From Nitrospirota bacterium (GTDB taxonomy: Bacteria > Nitrospirota > Thermodesulfovibrionia > Thermodesulfovibrionales > UBA6898): a stretch of 64,000 nt of DNA. This document shows, one piece after another, positions 47,698-58,199 of the stretch. The notes beneath the pieces were generated by a model, which saw nothing but the letters and a program-made list of their open reading frames with translations, made no database searches and had not been told where the DNA came from. The stretch is taken from assembly GCA_021814475.1 (NCBI GenBank), contig JAKAIE010000004.1, positions 3,283-67,282 of the forward strand, in the 5' to 3' direction. How positions within the stretch are numbered: the stretch's first letter is position 1; each line of letters opens with the position of its first letter. The position numbers and the translations under genes were made by a program.

Positions 47698-47867
47698 ACC
47701 GTTCCGGGTTTCTCCTGCAACGCCCGTCCCTGTCCCTGGTTTTATCGTGCCGGATACCTCTTTCCCTTGAAAAAATAAGGAAAAATCAGCAATACTATCA
47801 CTCTGCCGGGTAAGGAAAAGGGCCTGTTTTGTGCCGCCGCAGATTCTCCTTCCGGCGCCAGACATAT

Positions 47868-48941
47868 ATGGAAGAACTGAACAAACTCAGGAAGAATATC
47901 GACCGGACCGACGACGAGATCCTTGCGCTGCTGAACCGGCGCGCCGGCTATGTCCTGGAGGTCGGAAATATAAAGCGGGCGGGCAAGACCAGGTTCTACC
48001 GGCCGGACCGTGAACGCCAGATTCTCGAGCGGCTCACGAAGAACAACGACGGGCCGTTCCCCAACGATGCCCTCAGGGCGATCTACCGCGAGATACTCTC
48101 TGCATCTCTTTCTCTTGAAGAACCCCTGAAGGTCTCCTGTCTGGGGCCTCTTGCCACATACACCCATCTTGCGGCCCTTAGGCATTTCGGCTCCTCGGCG
48201 GCCTTCGTCCCGGTCGACAGTATACGGAAGGTCTTCGAGAACGTTGAGACGAACAAGGCGGAATACGGCGTCGTGCCGATAGAAAACTCGAACGAAGGCG
48301 TGGTGAGTCACACGCTCGATATGTTTGTCGACTCGGACCTCCAGGTCGTTGCCGAGATCATTCTTGAGATATCCCATAACCTTCTCTCCCGGCAGTCGGA
48401 ACGGAGGAAGATCAAAAAGGTTTATTCGCACCCCCAGGGACTTGCGCAGTGCAGGGCGTGGCTGGAGGCGAATATGCCCGGGGTTCCGGTTGCCGAGTCT
48501 ACAAGCACCGCGAGGGCGGCGGAACTGGCATCAAAGGAGCCCTATGCCGCGGCGATCGCAAGCGAGATCGCTGCCCGCATGTACGACCTGAATATCGTGG
48601 AGCGGAATATCCAGGACAGCAGACGGAATATCACCCGTTTTCTCGTCATCTCGAAGGAGTTTCCTCACCGCACCGGCAACGACAAGACCTCGGTCATGTT
48701 CTCGATCAAGCACCGCCCCGGATCCCTCTACGATGTCCTGCTGCCGTTCAAGAGGGCGAAGATCAACCTGACGAAGATCGAATCGCGGCCTTCGAAGAGG
48801 AAGGCCTGGGAGTATATATTTTTCGTCGACATGGAAGGACATGTAGAGGACAGGAAGATCAGCCGGGCGATCGAACAGCTTAAAGAAAACTGCCTTTTTC
48901 TGAAGATACTCGGGTCATACCCCCAGGGGAGGATACAATGA
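47868..48941 (+). CDS. pheA: Bifunctional chorismate mutase / prephenate dehydratase (P-protein)
   Basis: MEELNKLRKNIDRTDDEILALLNRRA (CM), prephenate dehydratase core TRF..I, and an ACT domain with ESRP. Confidence 0.9.
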   Translation: MEELNKLRKNIDRTDDEILALLNRRAGYVLEVGNIKRAGKTRFYRPDRERQILERLTKNNDGPFPNDALRAIYREILSASLSLEEPLKVSCLGPLATYTHLAALRHFGSSAAFVPVDSIRKVFENVETNKAEYGVVPIENSNEGVVSHTLDMFVDSDLQVVAEIILEISHNLLSRQSERRKIKKVYSHPQGLAQCRAWLEANMPGVPVAESTSTARAAELASKEPYAAAIASEIAARMYDLNIVERNIQDSRRNITRFLVISKEFPHRTGNDKTSVMFSIKHRPGSLYDVLLPFKRAKINLTKIESRPSKRKAWEYIFFVDMEGHVEDRKISRAIEQLKENCLFLKILGSYPQGRIQ

Positions 48942-50014
48942 TACAGCCGCCGGACTATGTTCTCGACATTCAGCCGTATATACCTGGCAAGCCGCTGGAG
49001 GAACTCGAACGGGAACTCGGCATCTCTAATTCCGTAAAGCTTGCCTCGAACGAAAATCCTGTCGGTCCGTCTCCCGCCGCACTCAGGGCGGTGCAGGGGG
49101 CGTTTGCCGATATCCACCGCTATCCTGACGGAGCCGGCTACTACCTGAAACAGGCCCTCGCGAAGAAACTAGGGGTGGCTGAAGACGCGCTGATCCTGGG
49201 AAATGGTTCGAACGAACTTCTCGACATCGCGGTCAGGACGTTCATGAAGCAGGGCGACGACGCGGTGATGGCGGCCCCGTCGTTTGTTGTCTACGCGATG
49301 GCGGTCCGGTCGGTCGGCGGCAGGCCGATCCAGGTGCCTCTGAAGGACTTCACCCACGACCTTGGGGCGATGGCCGATGCGATTACGCCGGCGACAAAGA
49401 TGGTCTTTATCGCGAACCCGAATAATCCGACAGGTACGATCAATACCCGGGAGGAATTCGACCGGCTGATGGCCCGTGTGACCGAAGAGATGCTGGTGGT
49501 GGTCGACGAGGCATATTACGAGTATGTGACTGACGGCAGTTACGCCGACAGCATGAAGCATCTTTGCGCTGGAAAGAACCTGCTGATCCTGAGGACCTTT
49601 TCTAAGATTTACGGGCTCGCCGGGCTTCGCATCGGCTACGGCATCGGAAGAAAAGAGGTCCTTAACGACATGAACCGGATCCGCGAGCCTTTCAACACCA
49701 ATACGATCGCACAGAGGGCCGCCCTCGCCGCCCTTGCCGACGACGGCCATGTGAGCCGGTCCCTGGAGGTGAACGAAAAAGGGAGGCAATACCTTTACAG
49801 GGAGCTCGGGGGGATGGGGTTTTCCTATGTGCCGACCCATGCGAACTTTATCTATATGCCGGTGGACGACGCCCCCATGCTCTACAGCGCGCTCCTGAAA
49901 AAGGGCGTGATCATCCGCCCGATGGGACCGAAGGCGATACGGGTGACGATCGGGCTGCCTGAAGAGAACTTCAGGTTCATCGATGCGCTGAAGGAAACGA
50001 AGGGAATTAAATGA
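48938..50014 (+). CDS. hisC: Histidinol-phosphate/aromatic aminotransferase
   Basis: KLASNENPVGPSP, NPNNPTG, and TFSKIYGLAGLRIGY (PLP lysine). Confidence 0.9.
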   Translation: MIQPPDYVLDIQPYIPGKPLEELERELGISNSVKLASNENPVGPSPAALRAVQGAFADIHRYPDGAGYYLKQALAKKLGVAEDALILGNGSNELLDIAVRTFMKQGDDAVMAAPSFVVYAMAVRSVGGRPIQVPLKDFTHDLGAMADAITPATKMVFIANPNNPTGTINTREEFDRLMARVTEEMLVVVDEAYYEYVTDGSYADSMKHLCAGKNLLILRTFSKIYGLAGLRIGYGIGRKEVLNDMNRIREPFNTNTIAQRAALAALADDGHVSRSLEVNEKGRQYLYRELGGMGFSYVPTHANFIYMPVDDAPMLYSALLKKGVIIRPMGPKAIRVTIGLPEENFRFIDALKETKGIK

Positions 50015-50046
50015 GCAGCTGCTGCGAAATGAGAGTGGAGGAATAG

Positions 50047-51072
50047 ATGGATATCATTGTATTGAGCCATGAGGCTGCGGAAGAGGACATACGCCATATC
50101 ATAAAAAGGCTCGAAGGCTGGGGTCTGGGAGTTCATGTCTCGCAGGGGACCGAGAGGACGATCATCGGAGTGATAGGCGACACCTCGAAGGTGACTGAGG
50201 AAGAGGAGGATTCTATCCGCGCGGCGGCCGGTGTGGAGAACGTTGTAAGGATACTCAAACCTTTCAAGCTCGCGAGCCGGGAGTTCAAAAAAGAAAATAC
50301 GGTCATAGATGTCTGCGGGGTCACCGTCGGAGGCAGGAGGGTGCCGGTGATGGCCGGGCCATGCGCTGTAGAAAATGAGACCGTCCTGACGAGCATTGCG
50401 AAGAAGGTCAGGGACGCGGGGGCCTCGTTCCTGCGCGGGGGCGCATACAAGCCGAGGACTTCTCCTTATGCCTTCCAGGGGCTCGGTCCTGAAGGACTGA
50501 AGCACCTGGCCCACGCCCGCGAGAAGACGGGGCTGCCGATCGTTACGGAGATCATGGACCCGCGGGATCTCGAAGTGATCGTGGAATATTCGGATATCAT
50601 ACAGATCGGGGCCAGAAACATGCAGAACTTCAGGCTCCTGCTCGAGGTCGGCACATGCCGCAAGCCGGTCTTGCTCAAGCGCGGGCTCTCCTCGACGATC
50701 AAGGAATGGCTTATGTCCGCCGAATATATCATGTCCCGCGGGAACCAGAACGTGATGCTCTGCGAGCGCGGTATCAGGACCTTCGAAACCGCGACGCGCA
50801 ATACGCTCGACCTGTCCGCCGTCCCGGTGCTGAAACAGCTGACCCACCTGCCGGTTGTGGTCGATCCGAGCCACGGGGTCGGCAAGCGGGACCTGGTTGC
50901 GCCGATGGCGAAGGCGGCCATCGCTGCAGGCGCCGACGCGCTGATGATCGAGGTCCATACCAACCCCGAAGAGGCGATGTCCGACGGTGAACAGTCTCTT
51001 AAACCCGAGCAGTTCGAAAAGTTGATGCAGGAACTGAAGCCGGTGGCGGAAGCCGTGGGGAGAGAAATATAG
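50047..51072 (+). CDS. aroF: 3-deoxy-7-phosphoheptulonate (DAHP) synthase, type I-beta with N-terminal regulatory domain
   Basis: 341 aa. A roughly 70-aa ferredoxin/ACT-like N-terminus is followed by [22 protein letters not shown] and DPSHG motifs. Confidence 0.9.
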   Translation: MDIIVLSHEAAEEDIRHIIKRLEGWGLGVHVSQGTERTIIGVIGDTSKVTEEEEDSIRAAAGVENVVRILKPFKLASREFKKENTVIDVCGVTVGGRRVPVMAGPCAVENETVLTSIAKKVRDAGASFLRGGAYKPRTSPYAFQGLGPEGLKHLAHAREKTGLPIVTEIMDPRDLEVIVEYSDIIQIGARNMQNFRLLLEVGTCRKPVLLKRGLSSTIKEWLMSAEYIMSRGNQNVMLCERGIRTFETATRNTLDLSAVPVLKQLTHLPVVVDPSHGVGKRDLVAPMAKAAIAAGADALMIEVHTNPEEAMSDGEQSLKPEQFEKLMQELKPVAEAVGREI

Positions 51073-51077
51073 CGTCG

Positions 51078-51929
51078 ATGTTCAATAAGATCGCGATCCT
51101 CGGCGTCGGACTTATAGGCGCCTCTTTTGGTCTTGCAGTAAAAAAGCAGGGCCTCTGCAGGGAGATTGTCGGTTACGGCCGCAGTCCCGTGAACCTGGGG
51201 CATGCGATGAAGAAGGGGGCGATCGATTCCGGAACCGACGATCCCTCTGCCGCCTGTGAAGGGGCGGACCTGATAATGCTGTCCACCCCGGTCGGAACTT
51301 TTACGGATCTCGTGCTGCGGGTGGCGCATGTGATCAAGACGGGCGCCATTGTGACTGATGCCGGTAGCGTCAAGGGAGATCTGGTGTATGATCTGGAGTC
51401 GGCGATGCCGGAAGGCGCGCATTACGTGGGGGCGCACCCTATCGCCGGCAGCGAGCTGTCCGGAGCCGCGGCAGCCTATAGCGGTCTGTTCAGCGGAGCC
51501 AAATGCATCGTTACGCCTACCTCCCATTCCGGGGCAGAGGCGCTGGCGCGAGTTACTGCATTGTGGGAAAAGCTCGGTGCTATCGTCACGGTCATGGACC
51601 CCCGGGAACATGACCGCGTGTATGCCGCAGTAAGCCATCTTCCTCACCTTATTGCCTATACGATGGTCAATACTGTTGCGGATATCGACAGGGCATATCT
51701 GGAGATGGCCGGCCAGGGGTTCAGGGACATGACCAGGATAGCAGGGAGTTCCCCTGAACTCTGGAGGGACATCAGCCTGATGAACCGGAGAAACCTCGTC
51801 GAGATGATCGAGGTCTTCCGCAGGCATCTCGATTCGCTGAGCAGCTATCTCGGGAAGGAAGAGGGCGGGCTGCTGGAGGGAGAGTTGCGCAGGGCGCAGG
51901 AACTGAGGAACGGGCTTGGACAGAATTGA
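51078..51929 (+). CDS. tyrA: Prephenate dehydrogenase
   Basis: [16 protein letters not shown] Rossmann motif; GAHPIAGSE. Confidence 0.9.
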   Translation: MFNKIAILGVGLIGASFGLAVKKQGLCREIVGYGRSPVNLGHAMKKGAIDSGTDDPSAACEGADLIMLSTPVGTFTDLVLRVAHVIKTGAIVTDAGSVKGDLVYDLESAMPEGAHYVGAHPIAGSELSGAAAAYSGLFSGAKCIVTPTSHSGAEALARVTALWEKLGAIVTVMDPREHDRVYAAVSHLPHLIAYTMVNTVADIDRAYLEMAGQGFRDMTRIAGSSPELWRDISLMNRRNLVEMIEVFRRHLDSLSSYLGKEEGGLLEGELRRAQELRNGLGQN

Positions 51930-53205
51930 AATAAAGGGGACAAAGGTTTTCAGGGGGGAGGTCACCCCTCCTCCGGACAAGTCGATATCGCACAGGGCGG
52001 TCTTTTTCTCCTCGCTCGCAAAGGGCACCGGGTCCGTCAGAAATTTCCTGAGGGCGCAGGACACCTTGAGCACGATGCACGCCTTCAGGTCGCTCGGTGT
52101 GGATATCCGCGATGACGGGCAGGTGATGATTGTCACGGGGAAGGGCATCCACGGTCTTTCCGAGCCTTCCGACGTCATCAACTGCGGCAATTCCGGCACC
52201 ACGATCCGTCTGTTGTCAGGGGTGCTTTCGGGCAATCCTTTTTTTTCCGTACTGACCGGTGACGATTCTCTTCGCAGCAGGCCGATGGCACGGGTGATCA
52301 CGCCACTCAGCCGGATGGGGGCGGTCATCACCGCCCGTGCCGGCGACCGCTATCCCCCGCTGGCGATAAGGGGCGGCGGGCTGAAGCCCCTCTCGTACGA
52401 GATGCCTATGGCGAGCGCGCAGGTGAAGTCGTCGATACTCCTGGCCGGTCTTTATGCAGGCGGCGAGACGGTCGTTACCGAGCCGGCCCGCTCGCGGGAC
52501 CACACCGAACGGATGCTTCCTGCCTTCGGGGCAGACCTTCGGGTCGATGGTCTGAACGTTACGGTCAGGGGAGGCAGGGACCTCTCCCCGGTCGATATTG
52601 TCGTGCCGGGAGATATCTCCTCCGCAGCCTTCTTTATGGTTGCCGCACTGGTCATTCCGGGCGCGGAGGTGATGATAAGGAACGTCTGCATCAATCCCAC
52701 CCGCACCGGCATCATCGAAGCTCTCCGCAGTATGGGGGCCGTGATGAAGACGGAGAATGTGCGCGACATATCGGGAGAGCCTGTGGCCGATATTTACTGC
52801 AGGGGAGAGGCGGGACTGAAGTCCGTCGAGATCGGCGGGGAGATCGTCCCTTCGCTGATCGACGAGTTCCCGATCCTGTGTGTTGCCGCTGCGCTGGCGG
52901 ACGGCGTGACGACGATCAGGGGGGCTGAAGAACTGAGGGTGAAGGAATCGGACCGGATAGCCGCGATGGCGGCTGAGCTTCGCAAAATGGGCGTTGAGAT
53001 CGAGGAATTCCCTGACGGCCTGAGCATACGGGGGACCGGACGGTTGACCCCCGCCGTCGTCGAGAGCCACGGTGACCATAGGATCGCGATGGCGATGACG
53101 GTGGCCGGTCTTGCCGCAGAGGGTGTGACGGTCATACAGGGGGCCTCGGCGGTGGGGATCTCGTTCCCGGATTTTTTCGATATGATCGGGAGATGTTCTT
53201 CGTGA
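51916..53205 (+). CDS. aroA: 3-phosphoshikimate 1-carboxyvinyltransferase (EPSP synthase)
   Basis: [31 protein letters not shown], and HGDHRIAMA. Confidence 0.95.
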   Translation: MDRIEIKGTKVFRGEVTPPPDKSISHRAVFFSSLAKGTGSVRNFLRAQDTLSTMHAFRSLGVDIRDDGQVMIVTGKGIHGLSEPSDVINCGNSGTTIRLLSGVLSGNPFFSVLTGDDSLRSRPMARVITPLSRMGAVITARAGDRYPPLAIRGGGLKPLSYEMPMASAQVKSSILLAGLYAGGETVVTEPARSRDHTERMLPAFGADLRVDGLNVTVRGGRDLSPVDIVVPGDISSAAFFMVAALVIPGAEVMIRNVCINPTRTGIIEALRSMGAVMKTENVRDISGEPVADIYCRGEAGLKSVEIGGEIVPSLIDEFPILCVAAALADGVTTIRGAEELRVKESDRIAAMAAELRKMGVEIEEFPDGLSIRGTGRLTPAVVESHGDHRIAMAMTVAGLAAEGVTVIQGASAVGISFPDFFDMIGRCSS

Positions 53206-53906
53206 GGAAGGTGATCGCTATAGACGGGCCTTCGGGCGCCGGCAAGAGCACCATCGCCCGCATGCTTGCGCAGAAGCTGGGTTTCGAGTACCTCGATACC
53301 GGGGCGCTGTATCGCGCGGTGGCGCTCTATCTCGTGCGCCTGGGGCTCCGGGAGAACGCCACTGATGACGAGGTTGCCGAAGCGGTGAAAAAGGTGTATG
53401 TTGTCTTCAGGCAGGGCAGGGTGATCATGAACGGAGCCGATGTCTCGGATGAAATCCGGACTCCCGAGGCGAGCCATTTTGCGTCGGTCTTTTCCGCGCG
53501 GAGGCCCGTGAGGGAACACCTCCTGGAGATTCAGAGAGATGCGGCGCGCCATACCGACATCGTGGCGGAAGGCCGGGACATGACGACGGTCGTATTCCCG
53601 GGGGCTTGCCGGAAGTTCTACCTCGATGCCTCTGTCGGGGAGAGGACCAGGCGAAGGACGCTTGAGCTGGCCGCGAAAGGTTTTGAGGTGAATGAAGAGG
53701 AGATCCGGATGGAGATCGCTGAACGCGATGCCCGCGACGCGGGCAGGGACATCGCGCCGCTGAGAAAGGCGGACGACGCCCTGTTCATCGAATCAACAGG
53801 CCTCCCGGTGGAGAAGGTATTAATGAAGATCATGGAGCATTTGCCGGAGGAGAAAGATGGTGCCTGCGGCGCGGCTGCCGGCGGGGGTGCGGCATGCAGA
53901 TCCTAA
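53193..53906 (+). CDS. cmk: Cytidylate kinase
   Basis: IAIDGPSGAGKSTIARMLA P-loop and YLDTGALYRA. A Gly/Ala-rich C-terminal tail overlaps the ispH start. Confidence 0.9.
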   Translation: MFFVRKVIAIDGPSGAGKSTIARMLAQKLGFEYLDTGALYRAVALYLVRLGLRENATDDEVAEAVKKVYVVFRQGRVIMNGADVSDEIRTPEASHFASVFSARRPVREHLLEIQRDAARHTDIVAEGRDMTTVVFPGACRKFYLDASVGERTRRRTLELAAKGFEVNEEEIRMEIAERDARDAGRDIAPLRKADDALFIESTGLPVEKVLMKIMEHLPEEKDGACGAAAGGGAACRS

Positions 53907-54754
53907 TCGCAAAGAGGGCCGGCTTCTGTTTCGGCGTCAGGCGGGCGATTGATATCACCTTTGATATCCCGCAGGAAGACAGGGAGGGGGTCTGTACCCT
54001 CGGCCCGATCATACACAACCCGCAGGTGATCCGGAGGTTGAAGGATGAGGGCATTGAGCCGATCGAGGCTGATGAGCTCGACAGCAGGAAGGTGAAGACG
54101 CTCATCATCCGGACGCATGGAATACCGTGTCAGCTCTATGATACCATATCGTCGCGGGGGTTCCGGATCATTGATGCCACGTGTCCTTTCGTGAAAAAAG
54201 CCCAGGATTATGCGCGGCTGCTTGCCGAAAACGGGTATCAGGTGGTGATCCTTGGCGACAGGCACCATCCCGAGGTCAAGGGTCTTGTCAGTTATGCGGG
54301 CCCCGACGCGGTTGTTGTCGACGGGGATTCGCCGCTGGAGGGGCTCAAGCCGAAGGTCGGGGTCGTGGTGCAGACCACTCAGCCGATCGAGGCGCTGAAA
54401 AAGCTGCTCTCGGAGATCATCGCGAATACGCGCGAGGTGAAGGTTTATAATACCATCTGCAGCTCGACGGCCCTCCGGCTGAAGGAGACCGAGGAGATGG
54501 CCCGCAATGTCGACGTCATGGTGGTCGTCGGGGGCAAGAACAGCGCCAATACCACGCAGTTGGCGAAGCTCTGCGAGGCGCTCGGCGTCAGGACGCACCA
54601 TATCGAGACTGCCGGGGAGATCGAGGATGCATGGTTTGCGGCGGCCGGGAAGGTCGGCATTACCGCCGGGGCCTCGACGCCGGACTGGATAATATTTGAG
54701 GTGGAAAAAAGAATAAAAGACATAGGAGGGATTTCCCCTGATGGAAAATACTAA
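53894..54754 (+). CDS. ispH: 4-hydroxy-3-methylbut-2-enyl diphosphate reductase
   Basis: MQILIAKRAGFCFGVRRAI, GPIIHNPQV, ATCPFV, NTICSST (three Cys ligands). Confidence 0.93.
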   Translation: MQILIAKRAGFCFGVRRAIDITFDIPQEDREGVCTLGPIIHNPQVIRRLKDEGIEPIEADELDSRKVKTLIIRTHGIPCQLYDTISSRGFRIIDATCPFVKKAQDYARLLAENGYQVVILGDRHHPEVKGLVSYAGPDAVVVDGDSPLEGLKPKVGVVVQTTQPIEALKKLLSEIIANTREVKVYNTICSSTALRLKETEEMARNVDVMVVVGGKNSANTTQLAKLCEALGVRTHHIETAGEIEDAWFAAAGKVGITAGASTPDWIIFEVEKRIKDIGGISPDGKY

Positions 54755-56318
54755 CAGCGATATGGAGCGGCTGTACGCCGAGACCTTCCAGAGCATCGAA
54801 GAAGGTACGATACTGCCTGGCAGGATCATCTCCGTGAAACAGGACGGTGTTATCGTCGATATCGGGTACAAGTCCGAGGGGTTCATCCCCGCGGAGGAGT
54901 TTTCCGACGACGAGCGGAAGTCCCTGCGTCCGGGGGCTGAGCTCGAGGTCTATGTCGTGAGCATCAGGGATGCTGAAGGGGTAGTGAAACTCTCCAAAGA
55001 ACGTGCCTCGAAGATCAAGGTGTGGGATGTGCTTGAGAAGGCTCTTCAGTCCGGTACGCTGGTCAGCGGGGTGATCACCGAAAAGACGAAGGGCGGCCTG
55101 ACCGTCGATATAGGCGGGGTACGGGCTTTTCTCCCGGGCTCTCAGATCGATATCAGGATGGTCAAGGACGTGGGCAGCCTGATCGGCAGCCGCATGGATT
55201 TCAGGATCCTCAAGATCAACCACAAGAGGTCGAACATTATCGTCTCAAGGAGGGCGGTAGTCGAAGAGGAGCGGGCGAAGCTGAAGGGCGAAACGATCGG
55301 GAAGATCAGGGAAGGGGCTCTGCTTGAGGGGGTCGTGAAGAATATTACCGACTATGGCGTCTTCGTCGATCTGGGGGGCATAGACGGGCTCCTCCACATT
55401 TCGGACATCTCGTGGGGCAGGATAACCCATCCTTCTGAAATTTTCTCTGTTGGCGACAGGATAGAGGTGATTGTCCAGAAGTTCGACGAGGCGCAGGAAA
55501 GGATCACCCTGGGTTATAAGCAGAAGTCTCAGGACCCGTGGGAGAAGGTAGAGGAGCGGTATCCCGCAGGCCGGAAGGTGGAAGGTGTCGTTGCCAGCAT
55601 TACCGACTACGGCGTTTTCGTCAAGATCGAGGACGGGCTGGAAGGACTCGTGCATATCTCCGAGATGGACTGGTCTCCGAAGATGCGGCATCCTTCGAAG
55701 GTCCTTTCGATCGGCGAGACGGTTGAGGCGGTTGTGCTGAAGGTGGACAGGGCCGAACGGAAGCTCTCTCTCAGTATCAAGCAGACGAAGCCGAGTCCGT
55801 GGGATATCATTAGCCGGCAGTATGCTGTCGGCCAGCGGATAGCCGGAAAGGTGAAGAGCCTTACCGATTTCGGTGCCTTTATCGGCCTTCCGGAGGGAGT
55901 CGACGGGTTGCTCCATATTTCCGACCTCTCCTGGACAAAACACGTGAAACACCCCTCGGAGCTGCTGAGGAAGGGGCAGAAGATCGATGTCGTGATACTG
56001 TCTATGGACCCGGACAACGAGAAGATGGCTCTGGGGCTGAAGCAGCTCGAACCCGATCCGTGGACCGAGACGATCCCTTCGCGGTTCAGGCTCGGTGACG
56101 TAGTGAAGGGCAGGGCACTCAGGATCACCGATTTCGGGATCTTCGTCGAACTCGAGGGCGGGGTCGAAGGACTGGTCTATTCTTCCGAGATCGTTCAGCC
56201 TTCCGGTGAGGAGAAGATAAAGGAAGAAGATATCCTCGAGGCGAGGATTATCAAAGTGGATGCCGCAGAGCGGAAGATAGGGATGAGCATGAAGAATCTC
56301 AGGAGGAGTGAGGGATGA
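54741..56318 (+). CDS. rpsA: 30S ribosomal protein S1
   Basis: Repeated S1 domains, e.g. GVVKNITDYGVFVDLGGIDGLLHISDISW and GKVKSLTDFGAFIGLPEGVDGLLHISDLSW. Confidence 0.93.
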   Translation: MENTNSDMERLYAETFQSIEEGTILPGRIISVKQDGVIVDIGYKSEGFIPAEEFSDDERKSLRPGAELEVYVVSIRDAEGVVKLSKERASKIKVWDVLEKALQSGTLVSGVITEKTKGGLTVDIGGVRAFLPGSQIDIRMVKDVGSLIGSRMDFRILKINHKRSNIIVSRRAVVEEERAKLKGETIGKIREGALLEGVVKNITDYGVFVDLGGIDGLLHISDISWGRITHPSEIFSVGDRIEVIVQKFDEAQERITLGYKQKSQDPWEKVEERYPAGRKVEGVVASITDYGVFVKIEDGLEGLVHISEMDWSPKMRHPSKVLSIGETVEAVVLKVDRAERKLSLSIKQTKPSPWDIISRQYAVGQRIAGKVKSLTDFGAFIGLPEGVDGLLHISDLSWTKHVKHPSELLRKGQKIDVVILSMDPDNEKMALGLKQLEPDPWTETIPSRFRLGDVVKGRALRITDFGIFVELEGGVEGLVYSSEIVQPSGEEKIKEEDILEARIIKVDAAERKIGMSMKNLRRSEG

Positions 56319-57163
56319 AGAAGATCTGCCTGGTCACGGCCGGACTGCTGGGGGCGCTGATCGTCATCAGCCTTGCAGTGGTCCTGATCCAGAAGAATAT
56401 CCCCCTTACACAGAAGCTTGCGCTGGTCAGGATAGAAGGCCCGATCATGGACTCGAAGGACGTGGTCGACGAGATCGATGAATATGTCAGGGACAACTCG
56501 ATAAAGGGGATCGTACTGAGGATCGACAGCCCGGGCGGGGCGGTTGCCCCTTCCCAGGAGATTTACTCGGAGGTGAAGAAGGCTGCCGCACGGAAGAAGG
56601 TCGTTGTCTCGATGGGTTCGGTAGCCGCCTCCGGCGGGTATTATATCGCGTCTGCGGCCACGCGGATCTTTGCGAACCCCGGAACGCTGACCGGCTCTAT
56701 CGGCGTGATCATGGAGATCCCGAACATCTCGGACCTGATGAAGAAGATCGGCGTCAGCGCCGAGGTGGTCAAGAGCGGAAAGAACAAGGATATCGGGTCC
56801 GCCTTCAGGCCGATGAAAGAGGAGGACCGGCAGCTGCTTCAGAATGTCCTGGATAACGTCCATGAGCAGTTCATCAGGGCGGTCGCCGAAGGCAGGCATA
56901 TGAAGATCGAAGATCTGAGGCCGATCGCCGATGGCAGGATCTTCAGCGGCGAGCAGGCCGTCCCGCTGCACCTTGTCGATGAACTCGGCACTCTCGACGA
57001 TGCGACTAAGGCCGCAGGCAAACTGGCGGGTCTCGGCGGGGAGCCGGAGGTGGTCTCGAAAAAGGACAAGGTCTCGATCCTCGATGTCCTGAGGGGCAGG
57101 TTTCCGAAGGAATTTTCCGATATTATCCCCGCGGTGAAGATAAAATACCAATACGCGCCTTAA
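56315..57163 (+). CDS. sppA: Signal peptide peptidase SppA (36K type)
   Basis: N-terminal TM; IDSPGG, MGSVAASGGYYIA (Ser nucleophile), and GKNKD. Confidence 0.9.
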   Translation: MKKICLVTAGLLGALIVISLAVVLIQKNIPLTQKLALVRIEGPIMDSKDVVDEIDEYVRDNSIKGIVLRIDSPGGAVAPSQEIYSEVKKAAARKKVVVSMGSVAASGGYYIASAATRIFANPGTLTGSIGVIMEIPNISDLMKKIGVSAEVVKSGKNKDIGSAFRPMKEEDRQLLQNVLDNVHEQFIRAVAEGRHMKIEDLRPIADGRIFSGEQAVPLHLVDELGTLDDATKAAGKLAGLGGEPEVVSKKDKVSILDVLRGRFPKEFSDIIPAVKIKYQYAP

Positions 57164-57172
57164 GGAGGTTCT

Positions 57173-57454
57173 ATGACAAAGTCGGTGCTCATCGAAAAGG
57201 TAGCAGAGAAGGCGGAGGGTCTGACCAGAAACCAGACCGAGATCATCGTCGACACGGTCTTCGACAGCATCAAGCAGGCCCTGCTCAACGGTGACAAGAT
57301 AGAGATACGGGGTTTCGGAAACTTCCGTCTGAAGACACGCGGGCCGAGGAAGGCCAGAAATCCGAAGACCGGCGAGAGCGTAGAGGTGAAGGGCAAAAAG
57401 GTCCTCTATTTCAAGGTCGGCAAGGCCCTGAAAGAGACGCTGAACACAGAGTAG
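57173..57454 (+). CDS. ihfB: Integration host factor beta-like (HU/IHF family)
   Basis: LTRNQTEIIVDTVFDSIKQALLNGDKIEIRGFGNFRLKTRGPRKARNPKTGESVEV. Confidence 0.85.
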   Translation: MTKSVLIEKVAEKAEGLTRNQTEIIVDTVFDSIKQALLNGDKIEIRGFGNFRLKTRGPRKARNPKTGESVEVKGKKVLYFKVGKALKETLNTE

Positions 57455-57504
57455 CAGCGCGGACCTTCCGGTCCGCATTTCCAGTATACCAAGGAGACTA
57501 TGAG

Positions 57505-58128
57505 ATGAAGAAACTGGCGGTAATGGCAACAACTCTTTTCTCTGCCGTGTTGTTTGCGGCGGCGGCGTTCGGGGCGGGGTTTGGCGGAGCCACCAACTAC
57601 TCCGCGGACATGGAGACGACAACGCAGCAGGGCGCGTTCACCTCGAAGATGTTCTTCAAGGACACGAAGATGCGGATGGAGAGTGAACAGAGGGGGCATA
57701 AGTCGGTCACGATCATCAGGCCGGACAAAAAAGTGATGTGGATGATGATGGGCGGAAAGGATTATATGGAGATGCCTCTGGACCTGAGCAAGCAGGATAT
57801 CCAGTCTAAGCTCCACGATCCCAACGTCAAGGTGGACAAGCAGTTCATAGCGAATGAGACTGTTGACCGGCATCCGGCGAAAAAATACCATATCACCGTC
57901 ACCACAAACGGCAAGGCCGAGAAGTCAGGCTATATATGGGAGGCGTCTGACCTGAGCAACTTCCCGGTAAAATACGAGTCCGAGGACGGGAAGATGACGA
58001 CCGTCTGGAAGAACATCAAAATCGGGGGAGTTTCGGATTCAGTGTTCGAAGTGCCCGCAGGGTACAAGAAGATGGCTATGCCGATGATGCCGGCGGGCCT
58101 GGGCGGCGGAATGCCCAGAAGAAGATAG
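57505..58128 (+). CDS. Secreted beta-rich protein (DUF4412/LolA-like), Met-rich
   Basis: Signal peptide MKKLAVMATTLFSAVLFAAAAFG. Beta-rich body and a C-terminal MAMPMMPAGLGGGMPRRR tail. The family call is tentative. Confidence 0.5.
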   Translation: MKKLAVMATTLFSAVLFAAAAFGAGFGGATNYSADMETTTQQGAFTSKMFFKDTKMRMESEQRGHKSVTIIRPDKKVMWMMMGGKDYMEMPLDLSKQDIQSKLHDPNVKVDKQFIANETVDRHPAKKYHITVTTNGKAEKSGYIWEASDLSNFPVKYESEDGKMTTVWKNIKIGGVSDSVFEVPAGYKKMAMPMMPAGLGGGMPRRR

Positions 58129-58144
58129 TCACTATTTTTTCGGG

Positions 58145-58185
58145 CCGGCCTCCGGATCACAGAGATTCGGGGCCGGTTTTTTTTT
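58145..58185 (+). terminator. Intrinsic terminator closing the plus-strand supraoperon
   Basis: CCGGCCTC...(loop)...GGGGCCGG followed by nine T. Confidence 0.75.
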
Positions 58186-58199
58186 GCCCGGTGGGCGGC

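Noticed and set aside
49882-52331. 358-aa and 621-aa minus-strand ORFs opposite hisC, aroF, tyrA and aroA.
   Set aside because: They are antisense shadows of four well-supported plus-strand genes, with no recognisable domains.
56195-57622. 475-aa minus-strand ORF opposite sppA and ihfB.
   Set aside because: It is an antisense shadow that spans an intergenic gap and two real genes, with low-complexity sequence.
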